A stretch of 64,000 nucleotides of DNA. Source: Leidyana gryllorum EB-2025a (Eukaryota; Protista; Apicomplexa). The position numbers were made by a program, and so were the translations under genes. The stretch is from NCBI GenBank assembly GCA_048772705.1, contig JBLWGC010000213.1, forward strand, positions 124,001-188,000, given 5' to 3'. The notes under the pieces are model-generated. The model saw only the letters and a program-made list of their open reading frames with translations, searched no databases and was not told the origin of the DNA. Below are positions 49,401-59,626 of the stretch, piece after piece (within the stretch, counting starts at the first letter, position 1; every line of letters begins with the position of its first letter).

Positions 49401-51159
49401 ACAACTTTTAAGCCCTCATTAACGGTCTGTGTGTAGGATGTGAGATCAGATTTCGCCAAGAAACGTGTGTGTTAACTCACTCGAGCGGCAAGACTCTGAA
49501 TTGTGCAATGCTGTCCGATCAAACACTGATAGGCCTTCAAACCGGCGGTTGCTGCAACCCCAGCGAAGCCTGAGCAATGATTCTGAACACAATATGCAAA
49601 TGCCTTGTGAGTACAATGAAGATTGCTGACACACTCTTGAACTCCAACTTTTCCGACTGGGATAAAGAACTCGCTGGCTTGGGTACACGGGCGCCCCGCG
49701 TTTACCGTGTCGATGGCAGGACACGCACATAGACGAACACCTTCCATCTTCTTCGTCTTGTCGCGACGTCGTCCGGTGCCCATCGCAAACGCACAATACG
49801 AGCCTTCACCGACTTCTTGGCATTTCCAATGACTCAACTTGAAGGGGCTCGCTGAGGGGGTGGAAACACATTAAGACATTGTCGGTGGTGGGAGCTGCGA
49901 GTCTTACCATTGGAGAGCAGTGGTTCGGCTTCTCCACAGGTGTCAGTCAGAGGCACGGCGATGACCTCGAAGTCGGTGGTGATGCCGTGGCCGGGGAGTT
50001 GGCCGGCAGTGATGTCGCAACGGTAGTCGTCCACACAGTGAATGATGTGAGTGTCGGCCGCATCAGCGTCAATGCCCACACACACGCCGTCCAGGCACGC
50101 TTCAAACTCGGGACAGTCCTCCAAGACCGTGCAAGACTGTACCGAGAGACCGGATGTGGGAAGTCCACCCCAACCCTCCGGTCTCAATGAGTTCAAGAGC
50201 TCCTCGAGAGCACTGGAACCCGCTGCGTTGTTACCCGAAGAGTTTGACTTGGTGGTGGTGGTCGTAGTTGTGGTAGTTGTGGTGGTGGATGAAGAAACTT
50301 GAAGAAACTTGGTGGGGGTTGCAGTAGAAGTCGTGGAAGATGAGAGAAGAGAGGTGTCATCTTCTTTGGGGGTGGTGCTCTCACCAGCAGAAGACTCTTT
50401 GGATGCAGCCACAGCCTCATCGAGACGGCGAAGTTGTCGCTCGTATCGTCTTTCGAAGGGTATGTGCGGAGTCTGTAGTCGGAGGAGTGGTCCAGCGTAG
50501 ACTTGTTCAGACTCGCATTGTATCTCTGGATAGAAAGAAGGGCTGCCGATTCCGGGGGGGTGCGGGAGCGGGGCGGAACAGAGACATATGCGGTAAGCTC
50601 CCCCGTCGAGAAAGTAGGGATCGATCCAACAGGCGGATTCTGCCCGTGTACACTTAAAAGTCGCTAAACGATCAAACAATTGGTCTTGACAATTAGAGTT
50701 ATGATGCACCAAGTAACCATAGAAATCATTCGTTGTGGTAGAATAGGCTGCTATGCCTTCAGAAGGCGGTGGTGGTGGTTCAACAGGTACCGAGCAGGGC
50801 TCTTCCGGCCCGCATATGTATCGCGGGGTGACACTCACGCGTCCCAACGATATGTCGCAGTTTCCTTTACTATCAGAACAGTCACATAGTTCATATACAT
50901 CATCGGTGATCGGTAGGTTGAACTCAACTGGAGACCGCCACACCTGCACGGGTGCCGACACCAGCACGCCTGACTGACACGAGGTGCCTACGGGAGCCAG
51001 TCCCAGTCGGCGAAACGTATCGGGGGTTGCCCATGGGAGATTGCAAGTCAACGCTCGTCCATCAGACTCCCCGATGCAGGAGCCCAAAGAGGCATTCTGT
51101 GGCGTTGAGGCGGCTCTCGCCAATAACGACGGGATTACTAAGAACCCTGATGGCCTCAT
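40470..51159 (-). CDS. giant type I membrane protein (~3400 aa): signal peptide, Cys-rich and poly-Thr regions, two Ig-like (Big_5-like) domains, many sushi/CCP domains, DCGG Cys repeats, LNR, TM, cytoplasmic tail
   Basis: Successive minus-strand ORFs joined by GT-AG introns; repeated C..G.W....L.C sushi ends; NGNEGGIDCGGSC, GEWGTDCGGMC, NGDESFIDCGGSLC; spliced CPRHYINDGLCDAGCFRESCGYDGRDC; TM IVLVAAVAFGVTAGFAVWGYYW. Confidence 0.85.
50251..50288 (-). repeat. ACN trinucleotide run encoding poly-Thr (mucin-like)
   Basis: SSSTTTTTTTTTTTTKS in the first exon of the sushi gene. Confidence 0.85.
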
Positions 51160-51206
51160 TCAGCCCCCACAAAACTCTCAGAATTCTTCAATTATAGATT
51201 AGGACG

Positions 51207-53802
51207 ATGCAGACTACTATCCTAGGCACCCTCGCACCCCTCTTCTCTCTGTACGCTCCTGGTGGTCTACCGGGAGATTTTGGCGAAGCCGCCCACGATT
51301 TTCTCGGGCTGCTCAAAGAATATGGCCACGAGAGATGGGTCATGCTGCCCCTCGGGCCCGCACGGGTAGATCACCGACTGGTTCTGTACCGGATCGCCGC
51401 CTACATGGATAACCCCAAACTTCTCGAACTGCTCGAGACTTTCATATTCCCCCAACCCCTACGCGAAGATCATCTCCCTCGCGAGGAGTCAACCGACGTT
51501 GGAGTCCCCTCGCGCCCGGGCTCGGCAGCCTCCGCTGCACAGGCCGTCTCCAACGCCTTCCACTCACTCATAGCCTCCCAGGAGAAGGCAGCGGCACCCG
51601 AACAGCCTCAGGACAGCAGCGATGTGGGTGCTGACGATGATGCGGCGCAAGAGGCCGAACCTGCAATTGATGAGTGCCAGTCCGATAACGACAAGTGCAA
51701 CGCAACTCCCCAACTTGACAACAAAACCATAGAAGTGACTGAATCTGAATTGCAGCACCGACCCCTCCCTCACGCGCCTCAACTCCATTCGCGCATAAGC
51801 TCGCGAGCGCCTCAGTACCCCACTCCAGATCGCAACGCTGATCGTCCGGCCCCCAACAAAAGTGGTCATACCGACCCGGGACGCCGCTACTGGAAAGCTC
51901 CCCGAACCAACATAATCACATCCGCCGTACTCGACTTCCTCCCAGAGAAGGTCAACGAGAACGCGGCGATAGGGGACAATATCGACCATACAATATGGTA
52001 CGATAAGTGTCCCTATGTTGCCTGCAGCGCACTGGCACTCAACCCAATCTATACATGTTTGAAAATGCTACACGTGGAGGTGCCGCGGCGTCCTTCAGAC
52101 CCCTGGGCCAACAGGGAGGAGAACCTCGTACAGCTGATCGAGTCCTGGACCTACAAGACTCGTGGACTCGGACATGCTTTCCTCCGTGACATGTTGCCGC
52201 TGATGGGCGACCAGGACTTCATGATAGCCCTGCGATCTGCACTCTTCTCTGCAAATATCACCGTCAATACCTGTCCAAAGCTCTGGCCCAACTTCACCTG
52301 GGGCAACGTGGGAGCCGATGATTTCATACAATTTGTCAAACTCTCGAACAGCTGGCTCACTCATTACTGTGCCTGGGAAACCTTCAACGATGTCGAAGCC
52401 ATCCGGGCGGTCGTCAAAGATCGCAATCAGCTCTATCGCGCTGGCTTCGTTCATGATTGGCAACAGGTACACGCTCCGTCGTTGTGTGTGTGTGTGTGCG
52501 ATAACGGGTGACTGATGCAGTGGCCGGATAAACTCAAGGACGCATCAGTGGAGAATTTGCAGCATTGTTGGGACAATGGCTTCCAGTGGCGCGTGGAGCA
52601 GCCGATAGCGGAGATTCAAGTGCAATTCACGCTTGTACAGGCGATGTTATTCCACGCCTACGCGCAATGGATTCTTGACCTTCAAATGCGCTCTCTCCGG
52701 GACCACGCGAATGAAGTGAGCATCAAGCTCGTTGGTGATCTGCCAGTGTATCTTCCGACTCAAAGGTATGTGAAGAGTAGCTGACTGGGAACTCCTATAC
52801 GCAACCTTACGCTTTTCGGCTCAGCGCTGATGTATGGGCTAATTCAATGGTCTTTATGTTGGACCCTGAAACCGGATACCCTTCGCAAGTCAGTGGATTG
52901 CCCGCGGATCACTGGTGCGAGGAAGGGCAGCTGTGGGGAACGCCTGTGTATAATTGGTGAGGAACGGAGCACTCGAACACTCTTTTCGAACACACGCGAC
53001 ACGCAGGTCTGGGCAACCCGAGGCGACCGCGGATTGGTGGGAGCTGAGGATTCGCTCCAATCTTATTCGATTTGGCGCAATTCGCATAGATCATTTTCGA
53101 GCATTTGCGGACTTCTGGGCTATTCCCCGGGAACACGCTCTGAAGGAATGCAATGGGATGGTTGGTGAATGGATGCTGGGACCCGGATGGTCTTTTTTTG
53201 AAGATCGATTGTTGAAGAAGTATGAAGACTTGGATCCGAAGGACATCATGGTCGAGGACTTGGGGGACAACACACCCGGGCTTTTGGCCCTTCGCGAGGT
53301 GATGCTGGTACCACGAATGGAAGTGTTTCAATTCAGTGTATGGAACGTTGCAAGTGCCTCACCAGAGGACGAGAAGAAAGGCTGGCTCTTCGGCCATTGG
53401 GATCCGGACGTGATAGCCTTCGTCGGCACACATGACAATCCGCCGCTCAATCTCTGGAAGACTCAAGGGGACAATAGGAAAGTTGCGGCCGGTATAGTGG
53501 GGAACGCTTTGGTAGACGAGCCAATGGCGAGCCGCTTGATGATGGAAACCATCGTGGAGGAGACACGACCTGGCACACTCATTCTTACATTAGCAGACAT
53601 CCTGTGCCTAGGTAAGGAAGGATTAATTAATGTGCCCGGGCGCAATGACGATCAATTGTGGCGGTGGAAAGTGACAAAGTCTCACTGGAAGTTCTTATTT
53701 GACGAAAGCACACGAGGATACATGGGCTACCTGGCACGACTGGCCAAAAAAAGCAGTCCGATCCGACCAAGAGGGTTGGGTCCTTACCTTTCAGCACCAT
53801 AA
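51207..53802 (+). CDS. malQ: 4-alpha-glucanotransferase (GH77, MalQ/DPE1 type), multi-exon
   Basis: WVMLPLGP, PY..SALALNP, LVGDLPVY, GQLWGTPVYNW, catalytic RIDHFRAF, VEDLG, GTHDN, INVPG..WRW. Confidence 0.92.
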
Positions 53803-53811
53803 GATTAGTCA

Positions 53812-55128
53812 ATGCCCTCCAAAAACGTCAATGAAGAGGTGTTAGAAGCACAAGGTGCTGATGGCTACGGGCCCTGTAGAATGGGGTCCGCAGACGACCT
53901 CTACACTGTTGAAGAAATATTGGGCTACCGACAGAGAGGTGGCAAGGAGTATTTCAGAATCAAATGGCGCGGGTACCCCATGGACCAAGCGACATGGGAG
54001 CCGGGAGAGAACCTTCTGGCGCCAGGAGAGGAACTCTTGAAGGTCATGACCCAGTTTCGTGAGGCTTGGCAGCCCGTGCCGCCCAAAAAACGGAGCCACA
54101 AGAGAAGCTCATGCGACCACTCCAGCGGCAGCCCGCCTCACGGCCAGCGTCGGCGTGTAACTCTCAACGACCAGAATCAGGATCAAAATCAGTCGGCGCC
54201 CACGAATGCATCACCGTTACATATTCGGGCAGATGATTTATTCGAGAACCCCAACATTTTGCATACGGATACCACCGACACAGCCACTCCAATGCACTCC
54301 CAGGCGGAGGTTCTTTTGGTTTCAGCCGCCAACGACAGCTCTTCTCAGGCGGAGCTTCAAGACGCGGCATCTACGAGTGGTCGTCAAGCAGGAGGCGGGC
54401 GGGACTCGATGTCAAGAGATCCGGAGCACGATGAGGAAGGGATCGGATCGACCCCTCATCCCACTCTGTTTGGGGAGCTACCGGATGAGGGAGAGAGTTC
54501 CCCTTGCAGCCCTGCTGCGCGTGTTACTGATATGGTGGTATCTGAAGAACGAGAAAATAATTCAGCAGCAGAGTCAATCGACGCCGCACCGAGTGCGAAT
54601 GAGGACCTCTTCTCGGTGAACGAGCCGTCTGAGCCGGAGACTAAGCGAGGTGACGACGTGGAGGCACCGGCGAGGAGCCCAATCCCGTCCCCGAGAGCCG
54701 GTAGCGACGATTCTGCCGCCCCAGTTATTAGATCGCAGACATTTGAGGATGTCATGCGTTGTCAAGAGCCCTCTCGGCACAAGTCGGCTAGTCATATATG
54801 TCGATGTGGTCTCGAAATTCGTTGTGATGGGGACTACCCGTCGGTGGTCAGTCCGCCTGCCGAGCCCAGGAAACTTGACACTGTACGGCACATCGTCCAA
54901 GTATTTGGGCCGACGGCAAAGGCTAGCCCCTCAGGACTGATTCCCGGGTCCAAAGACCTCCAAGTCGAAATTGTATCGCACAGCAAATTGACACAAGGGA
55001 AGGAGGTGGTGGGGCTTACAGAGACGAGAGAAGTACTGAGAATCGATGAAGCACGAAAGCGGTATCCCGTGGAGTTGTTGGACCATTTACTATTAACTTT
55101 GAATTTTCAGCGAGCTAGTTCTGGGTGA
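53812..55128 (+). CDS. HP1: heterochromatin protein 1-like (chromodomain plus chromoshadow-like C-terminus)
   Basis: YTVEEILGYR..YFRIKWRGYPMDQATWEPGENL with aromatic cage residues; C-terminal EARKRYPVELLDHLLLTLNF. Confidence 0.8.
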   Translation: MPSKNVNEEVLEAQGADGYGPCRMGSADDLYTVEEILGYRQRGGKEYFRIKWRGYPMDQATWEPGENLLAPGEELLKVMTQFREAWQPVPPKKRSHKRSSCDHSSGSPPHGQRRRVTLNDQNQDQNQSAPTNASPLHIRADDLFENPNILHTDTTDTATPMHSQAEVLLVSAANDSSSQAELQDAASTSGRQAGGGRDSMSRDPEHDEEGIGSTPHPTLFGELPDEGESSPCSPAARVTDMVVSEERENNSAAESIDAAPSANEDLFSVNEPSEPETKRGDDVEAPARSPIPSPRAGSDDSAAPVIRSQTFEDVMRCQEPSRHKSASHICRCGLEIRCDGDYPSVVSPPAEPRKLDTVRHIVQVFGPTAKASPSGLIPGSKDLQVEIVSHSKLTQGKEVVGLTETREVLRIDEARKRYPVELLDHLLLTLNFQRASSG

Positions 55129-55154
55129 TGCAACTAAAGGTTGCTCTTTAGCCT

Positions 55155-57135
55155 TCATATTGCGTCGATGATCGCGGTTACGATTTGTTCATCATAGGCT
55201 GCACCGAAGAAAAGGCTGAGGCAATTGGCCACTGACAGCAGTAAGGCAATCAAGGTGGTCACACTGAAAGAGCCGGACGAGACCCCGTCCACGACCACAG
55301 GCACTATCAAGCAATGGAATCGCAATAGATTTATGCCGAGTGCCGTTACGTGCATATACCTATTGAACAGCGAGTGACTCTCAATAATAGTGAGAAAACT
55401 CACAGTAAAACCAACAGACTGAAGAGGAACTCCAGTTGCTCCTCCAAATCAGGGGCCACCACCTGATCGACTCGAACATGGTGACTGAAAAAGAAACGCA
55501 CGCACGCAGACTTACCCAGCGGAGTCCATCGACAATGTGATAGGCCTCAATTATGACTGCGAAGCAGTCAAGAAGAGCTGTGTTTGGAGGGGGCGCGGCG
55601 ACGGCTCTGGTGATGTACTCCAAGGAATCCAAGACTTTTGCATCTGTGGGCTCGCTGGCCAACCGCCGCCAAGATGCCGATGCGGCCGTTGTGGTCGAAG
55701 GCATGGTGGCTACGTCTTGATTGGTGGGGGAGACGGATGCGGGAGGAGAGGACGAAGACACAATCTCCATATTTTCACCCAGATCCGGGGGCACCAGCAC
55801 CCTGTAGGCGTCGGGAGTCATTCCTTGACTGCGTCGAGGCGGCACGGCACCCATTGAGTCTCGAAAGTCCGATGTCGTCGGACGCATATCGGTGTCTTGT
55901 CTTATGACATGTTGGCAGCCCTCGTCACTTTCCTCCTGCAGTGGCGCATCCGCGCCCACCATCTCGAGTTCGGTCCGACTTTGTCGTCCGTGATCGCTTT
56001 GGAGAGGGGTGCGGCCACTGTGATGAGACAGTTGGGAGTAAACAAAGTTTCGGGCGCTGCGCAATCCAGGAGACAGCGATTCAAGAACGGCCGACGCCCA
56101 TCGGCGCTCTCTGCGGACACACGGACCGGTGGTCAGTGAACGGGCGGGAGGAAGTGGCCACAGCAATGTGGAGTCGGGTGAGTCGCAGCTTGTGATCTCG
56201 GCTTGTGCCCCGATAGGAGATCGGGCTTCCGAAGGGTCTCGGCGTCCTCGCGGCCAACACATTCTCATCAAAGATCGTAATCGGTATAACAATACGCGCA
56301 TTCGCAGATTGAAACGAAGTAAGGTGAACTTTGGTGACAGATACGACACTGATAGACCCGATCTCCGATGCGTGTGACCAGTCGAGCCGGTTCCTGTCAT
56401 GGCCGCCGAGGTGTGAACATTGCTCTTCTCCAGTTCAGTACGTCTTTGCGGTACTCCGACGGAGAATGTCATTATGGAACTCAATGACGAGCTCTCTTGG
56501 GTGCCACTTTTACGGGTCGGAATCAACAGAGCGTCCCAGGATAACAGGGGATTCGGACTGTAGAGACCGTTGACGGCGATGAGCCCCAGAATGAGCCGCG
56601 GGAGGACGTGGAAAGTGATGTATAAAGCAGCCCCCAAAGTCGCCAGTAAGGTTCGCCCCTTAATCCACATTTCGACAATGAAGGCAACATCTAACAGCGT
56701 TACGCAGTTGACAACGTAAGCGTTTATGGAGTTATGGTGAGAGGGGGGTCGCGGATTCGGCGGTCCGCCTTCCAAAGTCGGTCGTGCGATGACTTCATAA
56801 GTAAAACACAGAATAGGGCCGATCAAAGCGAATAACAGGGTCGGATCTAACCACGTTGGCAATGAGTCTGTCACCACTTTGATATCGCGCCAACCCGTGT
56901 AAGCTCTGTGCAGAGAGAATTTCGTGTGCGAGCTAAGGCCTTACCCTCGGATGGCTATGCCACACAGAGCTGCGCGGATGAAACAGTATTCAATCAGAGC
57001 CCATCTCAATTCGATATATTGACGAATCGAAAGCCGACACGGAGGCTGGACTTCGGCTTGGCGTACCGCGTCCGTAAGACCAAGAGCGCTCAGCTCCTGG
57101 GGAGTCAAAACCTCTTGCAGAAGGGAAGCTGTCAT
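55155..57135 (-). CDS. multi-pass membrane protein of unknown function with a large S/R-rich loop, multi-exon
   Basis: Hydrophobic segments in ORFs 55381-56877 and 55155-55403; GTAAG donor at ~56943 links the upstream ORF. Confidence 0.6.
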
Positions 57136-57148
57136 AGCAGCGTATTGT

Positions 57149-57595
57149 TTATGCAAAACGGAAGTACTTGAGACTCAACCAATTCCAGTACACAAAGCAA
57201 AAGGCGCTCGATACCAAACTCGGGATGAGTACGGAGTAGTACCAATCTTGTTGGATAGAGCGTAATATAGGCCACTCAAATGGAGGGAATAGTTTGGACA
57301 GTATCAGACACCACACAGATAGGCAGCCTATTACAGTGCCCAGAATGAGCAAACCAATACCGGTTGCCAACGTTCCAGCTTGTTGGGTCACTTTTATGGC
57401 CTCAGACAGACGAGACCGCGTCAATGCACGCTGGCCCGAAGAGGGGCCAGACACTTCACTCTGATGATCAATGGTGTCGACGCTTTTTTGAACCGGAATT
57501 AGAAGTTCTGCTACAAAAAGTAGGGAGCTGGAGCTCAATCTCATCTCCCGGCCAGGGATCCACGCGAAAACACTCATCTCTCTTGGCACACGCAA
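57149..57595 (-). CDS. PIGY: PIG-Y/Eri1-like subunit of the GPI-GlcNAc transferase; start uncertain
   Basis: ILSKLFP..PILRSIQQDWYYSVLIP..FVYWNWLSLKYFRFA matches the family C-terminal pattern. Confidence 0.7.
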   Translation of the reverse strand: MRVPREMSVFAWIPGREMRLSSSSLLFVAELLIPVQKSVDTIDHQSEVSGPSSGQRALTRSRLSEAIKVTQQAGTLATGIGLLILGTVIGCLSVWCLILSKLFPPFEWPILRSIQQDWYYSVLIPSLVSSAFCFVYWNWLSLKYFRFA

Positions 57596-57753
57596 TCTCC
57601 AGATAATCTCCGTCTAACACTCCACCCCGGGCTTTGTCGTGATCTCGGTGCACTCCATTCGAATCAATCACGGTTGGCATTCCAGCTCCACCCATACCGG
57701 CCAGTACTTGAAAAACTATATCCACCCCCCACCAGCCAACAACTTCATCTCCT

Positions 57754-58926
57754 TTAGCATATCACACGCTCCAGAAGCTGTACCAACAAAGATTTGTGCG
57801 CAACAACGGTGCCAATATTACCAATTCCATGACTGTTCTCGCACTCGGCCGCCGCTCGCCGAGTGCGGTAGCAAGCTCTACACAAAACGGCGTGTGTGTG
57901 CGGGGTACAGAACGTGCTAACTCGCTTACTCTCGGACAAGGTCCTTGACGAGCCCTATATCGATTACAGGCCAGCCCTCTTTGCACTGATGGTCTGATGC
58001 CCGGCGCGGGTACGACTGGGCAACTGCAAATACACCTGCGAGGGCCCCAGCCAGGATGTCACCCTGTCCGCCTGCCATAGAAGCACATGAAATGCACTCG
58101 GTCGTGGCCATAAAGAGACCCACCGAAGCGTCGGCTGCACGAATCTAAATCGGTGAACGCTTTGCTTTCGCCATCGTTCGTCAACAATCTGTCGGAGTCG
58201 CCTTTCTCGACGATTGCCGCTAGTCCAGGATCCCATTTCAAGACATCAATGGCATGTTGCTGGGAGACGCTGGCCAATATGTTGAGCATCTCGCGCTTGT
58301 TTGGGGTCAAAATCGCATATCCTGGCTGCTGAAAGCCGTCCACCAAACAACAGTAATGACTGAGACCATCTGCATCCACAAACTGAATTGTCGCAAGCCA
58401 ATGTTCAGAAGTCTCTTTCTTGACCACCAGCGTCTCACCAGGTAGCGATGTTGTGCCGCTTGATGCGCGTGTAGTCTCTTCAGCAACTCGGGGGCGCCAG
58501 GATCGTCTCTGCCCATCCCACACCCTACAAGAATGACATCGAAGCGGTCGAGTATTGGGTTGGGGGCAGATCGAGCCGGAAAGAGAAAGTCGCGATGCTC
58601 GTCCCATGATGGCTTTCATTCACAGTACGTTGGCGAGAGTGGTATCGTTCGGCGTACTTTGGTGTATATGATCACTTCAGGCAGCATAGTCTTCAAAGCC
58701 GTTGCAGCTTGGTCGACTGTGAACATGTATACCAGATCAACACCCTGGTACATCGCACTCAATGCAGCGAAATAAGGGGCACCGACAAAGGCGGGGCTCC
58801 CGCCGAAAATAGCTACACGGCCTGTCCGGGTTGAACAGAATACAGATTTGTCGTCATACCACTACATCCCTTGTGAGGAACGGGAACTTTGGGGTCCAGA
58901 TAGATTATGTGTTCGGGATTGAACAT
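57754..58926 (-). CDS. NAXD: ATP-dependent NAD(P)HX dehydratase (YjeF_C/carbohydrate kinase family), multi-exon
   Basis: HKG..GRVAIFGGSPAFVGAPYFAA, VDADGL, ILTPNKRE, GGQGDILAG. Confidence 0.9.
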
Positions 58927-58947
58927 TGAAAACCTCCAAAAAAAGCG
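58927..58947. promoter_or_regulatory. 21-bp bidirectional spacer with an A7 tract between the NAXD and PRP38 ATGs
   Basis: CAT-TGAAAACCTCCAAAAAAAGCG-ATG; similar tracts precede many genes here. Confidence 0.5.
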
Positions 58948-59598
58948 ATGGCCAATCGCACTGACTCGTCTGTACGAGCTGTGCACGGCTCCAATCCCTT
59001 AGCCTTAATCTCGCCCGTTATACTGGGCCGTATTCATAACCTCCGCTATTGGAAGGAGCATTGCTTCGCTCTGGATGCTGGAGGAATCGTTGATAAAGCA
59101 GCTGGATTGCAGTATATCGGAGGTATCTATGGGGGCGGAGGCAAACCATCGCCTTTTCTGTGCCTAACGGCCAAACTGCTCCAGCTACAACCCGAAGATG
59201 ACATTGTCGAAGAGTATCTGGAAGCCACCGACTTCAAGTATCTTCAAGCTCTCGGGGCCTTCTATGTTCGCCTCACAGCTACGCCCCAACGAATCTACGA
59301 GCTGATCGAACCATTGCTGAACGATAATCGAAAACTACGATTCAGAGGCCGTGATGGCCGCATATCAATTATTCACATGGACGAGTTCGCTGACGAGCTT
59401 CTCAATCACTCAGTTGCATTGGACATTGATCTCCCATCCCTGACAGCGCGGAAAGTGCTGGAGTCATCTTATAACATCCAGATGGCTCCTCGCGAGTCTT
59501 TGATGCAGGAAGATTTCGACAAGTTGAAAGAAGAGGGCAAACTGGATACCATTGAGCTGCCGCGACGAGTGACGGGTAAAGCGCTCTGGACAAAATGA
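58948..59598 (+). CDS. PRP38: pre-mRNA splicing factor Prp38
   Basis: MANRTD..VHGSNP, YWKEHCFAL, PSPFLCLTAKLLQLQP, FKYLQALGAFYVRL, HMDEFADELL. Confidence 0.97.
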   Translation: MANRTDSSVRAVHGSNPLALISPVILGRIHNLRYWKEHCFALDAGGIVDKAAGLQYIGGIYGGGGKPSPFLCLTAKLLQLQPEDDIVEEYLEATDFKYLQALGAFYVRLTATPQRIYELIEPLLNDNRKLRFRGRDGRISIIHMDEFADELLNHSVALDIDLPSLTARKVLESSYNIQMAPRESLMQEDFDKLKEEGKLDTIELPRRVTGKALWTK

Positions 59599-59626
59599 CC
59601 ACCGCTTCTCTCTGTCAAAGTGTACT

